This document shows, in pieces, positions 1 through 12,513 of a DNA stretch of 64,000 nt. The notes under the pieces were generated by a model. It saw only the letters and a program-made list of their open reading frames with translations, ran no database searches and was not told the DNA's origin. Made by a program: the position numbers and the translations under genes. The DNA is from the human T2T-CHM13v2.0 reference genome, Homo sapiens. Location of the stretch: the NCBI RefSeq assembly GCF_009914755.1, contig NC_060929.1, one strand, 5' to 3'. Every line of letters starts with the position of its first letter. Position 1 is the stretch's first letter.

Positions 1-1974
1 TCTGATAAGCTGTTCATGTTCAATAAAAGCAAAGACAGCCGTTCATTGCCATTTGCTTGGAAGCTCACCGTAGGCATATGCAGCAAGCCAGAAAATGCAC
101 ACAACTCAGGAAAACGGGGAAACGCCACAGTTGGCAAAAAAAAGTCTCACATCTCTTGACACCAGAACCAAGCTTAGGAAAGACCTCTGGGCCAAGATGA
201 TTTGTGTCTCTACTGAGAGAGCAGGGCAGAGCTGGCTGGCCTTTCACCCTCTCCTTTTTCATCCTGCCTCTCTTCAGAGAGAACAGGTTTCTTCACGAGA
301 GTCACCTTGCTTTGGGTTCCCAGCAAGCTGTGTTTCCCCTCTGAACATCTCAGCATCGTAATTCTCTATCCTTTGGATGCCAGTGCAACATAGAAGGTGG
401 AATTACATGCTGGAGAAACAAGACAATCGCCTCTATTAAAAAAATAAATACGTAAGTAACAAATCAGTGTTTGATCCTGACAATATCTACAAGCTCTAGA
501 GAAGCAATGGATATGAAAAGTTCTAACCTTTTTTTTTTTTTCAACCAACTGCAATATCATTTCCATTATTTCTCCAGGCTCCCATTCTGAATTCAAAGCA
601 ATTTATCTGAAGTTCAGACACAGTCACTGTGATTTAGTTTCAGTTTTATGGCAACTGCAGGTCTCTAATAAGTATGCTCCTTTCATTGATTTGGTTCCCC
701 TTCAGCTACTGCTATAAATGTAATTGAAATTTTTTATTTTTTTTTCCTCCTGACCTAACTTTTTTTTTTCAACTGACAAGACAGCAGTCAGTGCAATGTC
801 CTATGAGTTTTATATACTCCATTAATAAGAAATAGTTTCTTTTGGAAATGGACTTTCCTATCGTTTTCCTTTAACAAATTATATGTTTTTTAAAAGCCAA
901 AGTAACCCCCTTCCTCCATCACATTTATTTTAGAGTATCAGTTAATTCCAACACTTAGAGTGGGAGGAAGATCCTTTCAAATGTTTTGGATTGTAACACA
1001 TAGCACATGTAGTAAGCTGACTTTTAGAAAATATTTTTTACTTTTTAAGTCGTCACTCTTCATGTTGAGATTTTTCTCTGTTGATGAATTAATATGTTTA
1101 TATAAGGCTGGACTGTTTTATATTCCCCATACCTCAAGGTGAAAGGAACCAATAACTGTTTTCAGGCAAACACAAGTACTTCCTAAGGAGAAAGATAGTT
1201 ATTCTTGATGCAAGGAGGTTGACAGTCTTGTCTGTTACAAGCCAAAACCCAGTTATCTCTTGCCTCTCATGCATAATCCTTGTAAACATAGACAAAAAGT
1301 GACAGATTGAAGGGCCAGCCATATTTCATTCATTTTCTTTTTCCCTCTGAACTTTCCACCTCGATTTGAAATGTCACTTTTAATATAACTGTATTCTTAT
1401 ATGTATCTGGATATGTTTATGATGACACTATTTTATTTGTCCATTCTAGTTTAATTCTGCATATTTAGAATATATTTTGGAATTTGGTAAATTAGATCTT
1501 CCTTCATTTTTCTTATTAAAATATGTTTGGGGTTTGCTTACACATTAATTACTTCAAACAAATTTCATAAACACAAACCAGAAAATTTTTCTTAGTATTT
1601 TCTAAATGAAAACAATCAATTCATCTCCTTACAAATATCCATCTCCCATTTATTTAGGTATTTGTTTATATCATATAGTACAGCTTTTAATATCATATTT
1701 CATCAAATCTAGTACAATGTTAATATTAAATGATCATTATTTTATATACAATTTAAAGAGAGAAACCACTGTTTAATTATGAGATAATATAAATTATATC
1801 TATTTTAATTTCAAAGATGATAAAATTTAAAATAAGTGCATCATAAAATCAATGAAATACGGTAATTCTTGTCTTCATGATGATCTAATTTATAAGGACT
1901 TTTTTTTGTGCCTAAACTTGCCATCAGTTAATTTCTTACATATTTAGTGGCTTGCTTTGTTTAGATTTGACTAA

Positions 1975-2430
1975 TAGTGAATATTTAATTGAAGAACCAT
2001 AGGTACACAAACATGCAAAATTTCTAACTGCACAACACAATGAACTATCACAAACTGAACACCCCATATAAAAAGCACCCAAATCAAGGATCAGAACATT
2101 ACCGATACTTCAGAAACTCTCTTTGTGCCTCCTACTATTCACTATTCTTCTCCTAAGGCAAATTCCTATGCTGATTGCTAACAGCCAAAGATTAGTTTTG
2201 CCAGGTTTTGACCTTGTATAAATGGAAGTGTATACCATACACATTTGTATACTGTGTACTCGTTAGTATCTAGCTTTGTTTACTCAACATTACATTTGTG
2301 AGATTCATTCTTTTGTTGTAGATATAGAGCTTCATTCTAATTGTGATGTGATATTCCACAGCATAATAAATATTCCACTGTATAATAACATATTTATCCA
2401 TTGCACTATTATTGGGCATTTGAGTTTACA
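1975..2430 (-). mobile_element. Old L1M (L1MC/MD/ME-like) 3' UTR fragment
   Basis: Degenerate motifs typical of antisense L1M 3' ends (gattagttttgcc..tataaatggaa..ctcaacatt..tgagattcat..tttatccatt). Confidence 0.65.
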
Positions 2431-2518
2431 TATTCTATTTATAAAGTACTAATTTTCTTTGAAAATAACTCTAGAAATAAATTGTTACCTCATTGTATGC
2501 TTAAGAAATAAAACATGC

Positions 2519-4121
2519 CTCTCCCTCTCACCTCTCCCCTCTCCTCTCTCCCCTGTCTCCCTCTCCCCACGGGCTCCCTCTCCCTCTCTTTCCACGGTCT
2601 CCCTCTGATGCCCAGCCGAAGCTGGACTGTACTGGCCGCCATCTCTGCTCACTGCAACCTCCCTCCCTGATTCTCCTGCCTCAACCTGCCGAATGCCTGC
2701 GATTGCAGGCGCACACCGCCACGCCTGACTGGTCTTCGTATTTTTTTGGTGGAGACGGGGTTTCACTGTGTTGGCCGGGCTAGTCTCCAGCTCCTAACCG
2801 CGAGTGATCTGCCAGCCTCGGCCTCCCGAGGTGCCGGGATTGCAGATGGAGTCTCGTTCACTCAGTGCTCAATGTTGCCCAGGCTGGAGTGCAGTGGCGT
2901 GATCTCGGCTCGCTACAACCTCCACCTCCCAGCCGCCTGCCTTGGCCTCCCAAAGTGCCGAGATTGCAGTCTCTGCCCGGCCGCCACCCCGTCTGGGAAG
3001 TGAGAAGCGTCTCTGCCTGGCCGCCCATCGTCTGGGATGTGAGGAGCCCCTCTGCCCGGCTGCCCAGTCTGGGAAGTGAGGAGCGCCTCCTCCCGGCCAC
3101 CATCCCGTCCAGGAAGTGAGGAGCGTCTCTGCCCGGCCGCCCATCGTCTGAGATGTGGGGAGCTCCTCTGCCCCGCCGCCCTGTCTGGGATGTGAGGAGC
3201 GCCTCTGCCCGGCCGCGACCCCGTCTGGGAACTGATGAGTGTCTCTGCCCGATCGCCACCCCATCTGGGAGGTGAGGAGCGTCTCTGCCCAGCCGCCCCG
3301 TCTGAGAAGTGAGGAGCCCCTCCGCCCGGCAGCCACCCTGTCTGGGAAGTGAGGAGCGTCTCCGCCTGGCAGCCACCCCGTCCAGCAGCCGCCCCATCCA
3401 GGAGGGAGGTGGGGGGTCAGCCCCCGCCCGGCCAGCCGCCCCGTCCGGGAGGGAGGTGGGGGGTCAGCCCCCGCCCGGCCAGCCGCCCCGTCCGGGAGGG
3501 AGGTGGGGGGTCAGCCCCCGCCCGGCCGCCCCTTCTGGGAAGTGAGGAGCCCCTCTGCCCGGCCACCACCCCGTCTGGGAGGTGTACCCAACAGCTCATT
3601 GAGAACGAGCCATGATGACGATGGCGGTTTTGTGGAATAGAGTCGGGGGAGAGGTGGGGAGGGGATGGGGAAATCAGATTGTTGCTGTGTCTGTGTAGAA
3701 AGAGGTAGACATGGGAGACTTCATTTTGTTCTGTACTAAGAAAAATTCTTCTGCCTTGGGATGCTGGTGATCTATGACCTTACCCCCAACCCTGTGCTCT
3801 CTGAAACATGTGCTGTGTCCACTCAGGGTTAAATGGATTAAGGGCGGTGCAAGATGTGCTTTGTTAAACAGACGGTTGGAGGCAGCATGCTCGTTGGGAG
3901 TCATCACCACTCCCTAATCTCAAGTACCCAGGGACACAAACACTGCGGAAGGCCGCAGGGTCCTCTGCCTAGGAAAACCAGAGACCTTTGTTCACTTGTT
4001 TATCTGCTGACCTTCCCTCCACTATTGTCCTATGACCCTGCCAAATCCCCCTCTGTGAGAAACACCCAAGAATGATCAATAAAAATAAATGAATAAATAA
4101 ATAAATAAAAGAAAAAAAAAA
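2519..4121 (+). mobile_element. Full-length SVA retrotransposon (SVA_C/D-like)
   Basis: CCCTCT hexamer head (~2519-2600), antisense Alu-like domain (~2600-2960), GC-rich VNTR (~2960-3580), SINE-R (~3580-4077), AATAAA at 4078 and A-rich tail; TT/AAGA L1 endonuclease site at 2501-2506. Confidence 0.97.
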
Positions 4122-4454
4122 GAGGAGGGGAAGAGTAAGAGATACCAGAGATTAATACTTCTCTCTCTCTCTCTCTGTCCATCATTCTCTCTCTCTCTCT
4201 GTCTCCTTCTCTCTCTCTCTCTCTCTCTCCTTCTATCTCCCTCCACCTGTACACAGAGGAAAGGCCATGTAAGGACAGAGCAAACAGGCAACTGTCTGCA
4301 AACCAGGAAGAGAGGCCTCACCAGATATCAACCTTCATGGCACCTTGATCTTGATCTTTCCAGACTGTGAGAAAATTAACTTCTGTTGTTGTTTAAGCTG
4401 CCCTCCAACTCCGTCTGTAGTATTTTGTTACGGCAGCCCAAACAGACTAATACA
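4122..4454 (+). mobile_element. 3' half of an MLT1A/B-type MaLR LTR containing a (CT)n tract
   Basis: ggccatgtaaggac..ccaggaagagaggcctcaccaga..gcaccttgatctt..gtattttgttacggcagcccaaacagactaataca terminus; (CT)n at ~4159-4240. Confidence 0.85.
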
Positions 4455-4459
4455 TCAAG

Positions 4460-5110
4460 TAACCACACAAATGCATGTACAATTAAAACTGACCTAACTG
4501 TTAAGAAGAGGAGATAGGGCAAGAGTATATTTATCGAGGGTATTCTATCTGGTCAGAGATGAGAGAGAAAGATTTTTCTGGGTAAAGTTAACAAGGTATA
4601 TAGGGTGGGGTGAATATGGAGTGGGGAATGGTCCCAGATAGGGCCAATTGCTTGTGCAAAGGCCCTGGGGTGAGACAGAGCACAGTTTATTAGAGAAACC
4701 AAGTGGCAGCTGTGTGATTGGGGTGCTAAGAGTGAAGAGGAAGGTGATACAGGTGAGGGTGGAGAAGAGGGTGAGGCCTAACTTCCCAGGACCATGCAGG
4801 ATTTTCACTGCTAACTTGGGCCACTTGCACACCAGACTGGAGCTGGAAATGGTGGGTATGGGAGACAGAGATCAAAATAACCTCTAGATGTCCACTTGCA
4901 TAGCTGGTAGGTCACGGGACCATTCATGATAGGGAAGCCCAGGAGAGAACCAGATTTCAAAGAGAAAGTCATGAATTTGCACGTGTCAAGCTTGTTGTGC
5001 TTTTGAGTCACTTAGAAAGAGACATTTGTTTGCGGACCTATCTACAAGTCTAGACTCAGACAGAGACCTGAGTCATGTCATTACACTGACAAGGTGGGAG
5101 AGGTGATTCA
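4460..5110 (-). mobile_element. L2 fragment
   Basis: Purine-rich antisense L2 motifs (tgtgcaaaggccctggggtgaga..gagcacag..). Confidence 0.65.
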
Positions 5111-5113
5111 GGA

Positions 5114-5282
5114 CAGTCATTCTCAGACTTTGAGTTTCAAGACCCCTTTACACTCTTAAAAACCATCAAGGACCTCAAAGAGCTTCTGTTTATGTGGGTT
5201 ATATCTGTCCATATTTACTGTATTAGAAATGTAAACTGAAATATTAATATTAATTTATAATAAACCTGTTTTACCTTAACAT
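5114..5282. mobile_element. hAT-Charlie DNA transposon terminal fragment
   Basis: cagtcattctcagact..gacccctttacactcttaaaa..aaagagcttctgtttatgtgggttatatct resembles a Charlie end; it stops abruptly at the transduction poly(A). Confidence 0.7.
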
Positions 5283-5676
5283 AAAAAAAAGAAATAAAAC
5301 ATGCAAAAATATTTTACTACAGATTAATTTTGTTCTGAAATTTTATCTTGGTATATAACAATAGTAACATTTTATCTATATATTTGTTTCCCAAGATCAA
5401 GAAGAGAATTCACGCAAAGCCATGGATTAGTCTGGGTTAATGCCATGAATTGAAGAGGCTTCCCTTCTGAAATATTGCATGGGATCAGAGGGGTTTCTTA
5501 CCTCGGACACCAAGTGTCACTACCACAGATTTTTTTTTTCTTTTTTGTGCTTCTTTATTTATTTATTTTTCCTCCATTGTCTCCTTTACTTTCCCAATAA
5601 TAATGGCACCTTAAAATGTCCTCAAGCTGCTTAATTTAGTGGTGGAATGCTCCTAAGATTTAAAAATCTGTATCTA

Positions 5677-6052
<376 letters not shown>

Positions 6053-6469
6053 AAAGAAGGAACAATGATCATATTTTAACAATAAGTTGTTTACCATTTC
6101 ATAAAATGAAGACTAAATCACTGAATAAATAATAAAATGAACGAACAAATCAGCATAAATTCTACTTTACTAAATTCTCCAATGTTCAAAAATATTTGAA
6201 TGTTTATGTTCATTTCTGAAAGATCAGTTTCTGATTAAAGTATCACTGCCAGCAGACAGTCTTTCAAAATAAGTAGGAAAGTGTAAGAGAAAGTAAATTC
6301 TTCAAATCTGCCCTCTAAACATGTTCTCTATTCTACATACACCACTGTGTCCTCAGGGAAAATAAAGGCAGCCCCTGCCTTCGTGCCTCCAGTCACTCAT
6401 GCTCAAGATGAACATGGAGGCTGCATGGAGCTACGGAGCCAAAACAGGCTTTCAAAGCAGCAGGCGCCA

Positions 6470-6570
6470 GCTTGGGTAACTTATCTAATTTCCATGAGCT
6501 TCAACTTTCTCATCTAGAAAATGGGAATAATAATGCCACCTTCATACGACTGTGGTGAAGAGCTGACGTG
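6470..6570 (+). mobile_element. MIR fragment
   Basis: MIR core: tttctcatctagaaaatgggaataataatg. Confidence 0.7.
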
Positions 6571-6874
6571 GACAGCATCAAGAGCAGCTGCAGTTTTCAT
6601 TTCCTTTAGCCAATGGTAGGAACATCGTTTCCATCTCCTATGAGATCAGCAAGTTTTAAACACTTTTATCAGAACCGTCCTTTTATCAAATGAAATCTTA
6701 AAAAAAAAAACTATAAGCAATTTAATTAGTTGAAAGCAAGGTGCAGTTTGAAATACGTACTGAAATGGTTCTTCCATAGATCATAGTGGAGGAAAATAGC
6801 CAAATTTTTTACCACGTAGCAAGATACTCTGTGCACTTCAGAAAAATTGTAAGCCTTCTTTTCAACAAAATTCT

Positions 6875-9800
6875 ATTTTTTTAACCTTTATTTTAGGTTC
6901 GGGATACATGTGCAGGTTTGTAATATGGATAAATAGTATGTTGTGGGCATTTGGTGTACAGATTATTTCACCATGTAGGTAATAAGCATAGTACCAGATA
7001 GGTAGGTTTTCAATTCTCACTACCTTCCCAGCCTCTGCCCTTCTCATATCTATTGTTCTCATCTTTGTGTCCATGTATACACAATGTTTAGCTCCCACTT
7101 ATAAGTGAGAATATGCAGTATTTGGTTTTCTGTTCCTGTGCTAGTTCACTCAGGATAATGGCCTCCAGCACCATCCGTGTTGCTGCAAAGGACATGATCT
7201 TGTTCTTTTTTGTGGCTGTGTACTATTTCATGATACCATGAAATAGTATATATGTACCACATTTTTCTTATCTATTCTACCGTTGATGGGCATTTAGGTT
7301 GATTCCGTGTCTTTGTTATTGTGAATACTGCTGCAACTGAACATACGTACGCATATGTTTTTATGACAGAATGATTTATATTCCTTTGAGTACATAACCA
7401 ATAATGGGATTTCTGGGTTGAATGGTAGTTCTGTTAAATTCTCTGAGAAATCGCCAAACTGCCTCTCACGATGGCTGAAGTAATTTATATTCCCACCAGC
7501 AGTGTATAAGCATTCCCTTTACTCTGCAAGCTCACCAGCATCTATTGTTTATATGACTTTTTAATAATAGCCCTTCTGACTTGTATGAGATAGTATCTCA
7601 TGGTTTTTGGTTTGCATTTCTCTAATGATTAGTGATGTTGGGCATTTCTTCATATACTTATTGGCTGCATGTATGCCTTCTTTTGAAGTGTCTATCCCCT
7701 CCTTTGCCCATTTTGTAATGAGAATTTTTTTGGTTGTAGATTTAAGTTCCTTACAGATTCTGGATATTAGACCTTTGTTGGATGCACAGTTTGCAAATAT
7801 GGTCTCCCTTTCTGTAGGTTATCTCTTTCCTCTGTTGATAGTTTATTTTGCTGTGCAGAAGTTCATTGGTTTAATTAGATCCCATTTGTCAATTTCTATT
7901 TTTGTTGCAATTACTTTTGCCATCTTTATCATGAAATCTTTGCCAGGTCCTATGTCTAGAATGGTATTTCCTAGGTTGCCTTCCAGGCTTTTTATAGTTT
8001 TAGGTTTTACATTTAAGTCTTTAATCCATCTTGCATTGATTTTTTATACGGTTTAAGGAAGGGGTCCAGTTTCAATCACCTGTGTATGGCTAGCCAATCA
8101 TCCCAGCACCATTTATTGAACAGGGAATCCTTTCCCTGTTGCTTTTGTTGACTTTGTTGAAGATTAGATAGTTGTAGGTGTGCAGCCTTATGTCTGAGTT
8201 ACTATTTTCCATGAGTTTATGTGTCTGTTTTTGTACCAGTAGCATGCAGTTTGGGTTACTGTACCCTTGCAGTATATTTTGAAATTAGGTAGTATGATAC
8301 CTCCACGTTGTTCTTTTGCTTAGGATTGCCTTGCCTATTTTGGCTGTGTTTCACAAATTTTAAAAAAGTTTTTTTTTTTCTAATTCTGTGAAGAATGTCA
8401 TTGGTAGTTTGCTAGGAATAGCACTGAATATGTAAATTGCTTTGGACAGTATGGCCATTTTAACAATGTTGATTTTTTCCTATCCATGAGCATAGAATGT
8501 TTTTCCATTATTTGTCATCTCTGATTTCTTTGAGCAGTGAAAGATTGTATTGAGACATCCCTACAAATCTCATTCTCATTGTAGAGATCTTTCACCTCCA
8601 TGGCTAGCTGTACTCCTAGGTATTTTATGCTTTTTGTGGCAATTGTGAATGGAATTGTGATCTTGATTCGGCTCTCAGCTTGAATATTGTTTGTGTATTG
8701 AAGTGCTACTGATTTTTCTACATTGATTTTGTATCTTGAAACTGCTGAGGTTGTTTATCAGATCAAGGAGCTTTGGGGCAGAGACTATGGGGTTTTCTTG
8801 ATATAGAATCATATTGTCTGCAAACAGAGATAGTTTGACTCCCTCTCTTCCTACTTAGATGCCTTTCATTTCTTTCTCTTGCCTGATCACTCTGGCTTCA
8901 ACATCCAGTACTACGCTGAAAAGGAATGGTGAGAGAGGGCATCGTCATCTTGTTCTGGAAGGGGAATGCTTCCAGCTTTTGCCTGTTTAGTATGATGTTG
9001 CTGTGGGCTTGCCATAGATGACACTTATTATTTTGAAGTATTTCCCTTCAAGGCCTAATTTATTTTCATACAAAAGATGTTGAATTTCATCAAAAGCCTT
9101 TTCTGCTTCTATTGAGGTAATCATTTGTTTTTCTTTTAGTTCTATTTATACAATGAATCACATTTATTGATCTGTATATATTCAACCAACCTTGCATCCC
9201 AGGAATAAAGCCTACTTGATTATGACAGATTAGTTTTTTGATGTGCTCCTGAATTTGGTTTGCAAGTATTTTGTTGAGGATTTTTACATCTATGTTCATA
9301 AAGAATGTTGACCTCTAGTTTTCTTTTTTTAGTTGTACCTCTGACAGGTTTTGGTATCAGGATGATGCTGGTCTCAAAGAATGAGTTAGGGAGAAGTTCC
9401 TGCTAAATTTTTGGAATAGTTTCAGTAAAAATTGTACCAACTCTTCTTTGTATGTCTGCTAGAATTCAGCTGTAAATTTCCGGGTCCTGGGCTTTTTTTG
9501 TTGGTAGGGTTTTTTATTACTGATTCATTTTTCAGAACTCACTATTGCTCTGTTCAAGAATTCAACTTTTTCCTGGTTCAATTTTGGAAGGTTTTATATG
9601 TCTAGGAATTTATCTATTTTTTGTAGGATTCCTAGCTTGTGTACATAGAGGTGTTCATAGCAGTTTTGGAAGGTTTTTGTATTTCTGTGAGGTCAATGGT
9701 AATGTCTCCTTTGTCATTTCTGACTGTGTTTATTGGGATCTTCTCTTTTTCTTTATTAGTCTAGCTAGCAGTCTATTTACCTTATGCATTCTTTCAGAGA

Positions 9801-12513
9801 AGTATTGGACTTATGGATCTTTTGTATGGTTTTTTGTGTCTCAATTTCCTTCAGTTCAGCTCTAACTGCTTGTTTCTTGTCTTTTGCTAGCTTTGGGGTC
9901 AGTTTGAGCTTGTTTCTTTAGTTCCTCTAGGTGTGATGTTAATTTGAGATCTAATTTTTGATGTGGCTATTTAGCATTATAAACTTCATTCTTAACACTG
10001 CTTTAGTTGTATCCCAGAGATTCTGGTATGTTGTATCTTTGTTCTCACTAATTTCAAAGAATTTTTTTATTTCTGCCTTAATTTCATTGTTTACTCAAAA
10101 GACATTCAGGAACAGGTAGCTTAATTTCTATCTAATTGTAAGGTTTTGAGCAATGTTCTTAGTATTTATTTCTATTTTTACTGCACTGTAATCTCAGGGG
10201 GTGGTTGGTATGATTTTGTTTTATTTGAATTTGCTAAGGATTGTTTTATGGCCAATAATAAGGTTGATTTTAGAGTGTGTGTCATGTGCAGATGAGAAGA
10301 ATGTATATTCTGTTAAGAGTTCTGTAGATACATATTATGTTCATTTGATCAAGTGTCAAGTTCAGGTTCTGAATATCTTTGTTAGTTTTCTGCCTTGATG
10401 ATCTGTCTAATACTGTCAGTATGGTGTTGAAGTCTCCCACTATTATTGCATGGTTATCTAAGTCTCTACATAAGCCTCTAAGAACTAGCTTTATAAATCT
10501 GGGTGCTCCTGTGTTGGATACACATATATTTGAATAGTTAGGTCTTCTTGTTGGATTGAATCCTTTCCCAATATGTAATGTCCTTTATTTGTCTTTTTTG
10601 ATCTTTGTTGGCTTGAAATCTGTTTTGTGTGAAATTAGAATAACAAGCCCAGCTTTTTGTTTTCTATTTGCTTAGATTTCTCTCCATCCTTTTACTTTGA
10701 GCCTATGGAACTCATTGCATATGAGATGGATCTCTCAAAGATAGTATACCATTGGGTCTTGTTTCTTTATCCAACTTCCCGCTCTGTGTTTTTTAACTGG
10801 GGTATTTAGCCCATTTACATTCAAGGTTAATATTGATATGTGCAGATTTGACCCTGCCATTGTGTTGTTAGCTGATAATTATGCAGACCTGCTTGTGTGG
10901 TTGCTTTATAGTGTCATTGGTCTATGTACTTAAGTGTGTTTTTGTGGTGACTGGTATTGGTCTTTCATTTCTATATTTAGCAGTCCCTACAAGACCTCTT
11001 ATAAGACAGGTCTGGTGGTAGCAAATTCTCTTAGTATTTGCTTGTCTGAAATTAATTTTATTTCTTCTTTGCTTATGAAGCTTACTTTGGCTGAATAAGA
11101 AATTCTTGGTTATAATTTCTTTTCTTTAAGTATGCTTAATATAGGCTCTCCAATCTTTTCTGTCTTGAGAGTTTCTGCTGAATTGTCCACTGTTAGCCTG
11201 ATGGGGCCCTCTTTGTGAGTGACCCTCTCCTTCTCTCTAGCTGCCGTGAACATTTTTTTCTTTCATTTCAACCTCGGAGAATCTGATGACTATGTGTCTT
11301 GGGGATGGTCGTCTTGTATAGTATCTCAAGGGGTTCTCTGCATTTCCTAAATTTGAATGCTGTCTTCTCTAATGAAGTTGGGGAAATTTTTATGGACAAT
11401 ATCCTAAAATATGTTTTTCAAGTTACTTGCTTTCCCTCCCTGTCTTTCAGGGATGTTAATGAGACATAGATTTGGAGGTTTTGTTCATTCTTCTTTCATC
11501 TTTTTACTTTATTTTTGTCGAGTTATTTCAGAGAACCGGTCTTCAAGTTCTGAGATTCTTTCCTCAGCTTGGGTGATTCTGCTCTTAATACTTGAGATTG
11601 TATTCCAAAATTCTTGAAATGAGTGTTTCAGCTCTATCAGATCAGTTTGGCTCTTTTTTAAAATGGCCATTTTGTCTTTCATCTCCTGTATCATTTTCTT
11701 CTATTCCTGATAATCTTTGGATTGGGTTCTGAATTTCTCCTGAATCTCAAGGATCTTCATTTCTCTCCATACTGTGAGTTCCATTTCTGTCATTTCAACC
11801 ATTTCAGCCAGGCTAAGAACCATCATTGCTGGGGAACTAGTGTAGTTGTTTGGAGGTAAGAAGACACTCTGGCTTTTTGAGTTGCTAGAGTTCTTGCCCT
11901 TGTTCTCTCTCATCTGTGTGGATTGATGTTCCTTCAGTCTTTGAAGTTGCTGTCCTTTTGTCCTTTGGATGGTTTTTTGTTTGTTTGTTTTTGTTTTTTG
12001 TGCTTTTATCTTTTTTTATGCCCTTGGGGTTTTATTGTGGTACAAGGTGGGTTCAGTCAACTGGCTTTGTTTCTGGAAGATTTTAGAGGGGCAAAGCTCA
12101 GCTCTGCAATCCTGGGCTGCATCCTTTAACTCTGGGAGGTTGGTATTGAGCCCCTGGCTTTGTTCTTTAGCACCTCAAGATTAACCTGCTGCATTGGGGC
12201 AGCCTTCCCTTTCCTGCTGGAAAGGGAAGCAGGCAGCGAGGTGTTCCCAGACCGCTGGCCCTGGCACTCCGATGAGTGGTGCCAAAGCAAGGCACTTTGT
12301 TGGGGTCAGGATTCATGCTCTTTGGTGTGTAAGTAGTGGCAGCACAGCGGGGTACACATGTCAGCTGGGGTTGGGTACCAATGGAATATAGCTGCTGCAT
12401 TCCTGCTTGCTTACACAGGTGGTTGTGGCGGAGGCAAGGGTGGCACACTGGCAGGCCTAGGGCTACTGGCCTCACTGCATGCCTTTGAAGTGCTGGTGGT
12501 GATGGGACAGGGG
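6875..12513 (-). mobile_element. Near full-length old primate L1 (L1PA13-16-like), both ORFs disrupted
   Basis: ORF2 RT remnant ([38 protein letters not shown], 9090-9299), ORF1 coiled-coil remnant (QAEERISELED, 11509-11694), 3' UTR at 6875, GC-richer 5' UTR ~12100-12510; probable TSD AACA(A/T)AATTCT at 6864 and 12514. Confidence 0.95.

Larger units (their letters stand above)
4122..5290 (+). other. SVA 3'-transduced segment with second poly(A) signal and short tail
   Basis: Lies between the SVA tail and the second copy of the 16-bp TSD (5289-5304); AATAAA at 5259-5264, A8 at 5283-5290. Confidence 0.9.

Noticed and set aside
2351-2388. 19-bp tandem duplication (similar one at ~22750-22788)
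   Set aside because: Ordinary slippage duplication, already diverged
2960-3580. Regularly spaced repeats resembling a CRISPR array
   Set aside because: SVA VNTR: no unique spacers, no cas genes, primate context
2485-4321. Dense overlapping ORFs of up to 179 aa
   Set aside because: By-products of the GC-rich SVA Alu-like, VNTR and SINE-R domains and the (CT)n tract; SVA is non-coding
7607-8056. 149-aa hydrophobic ORF resembling a membrane protein
   Set aside because: Antisense reading of L1 ORF2
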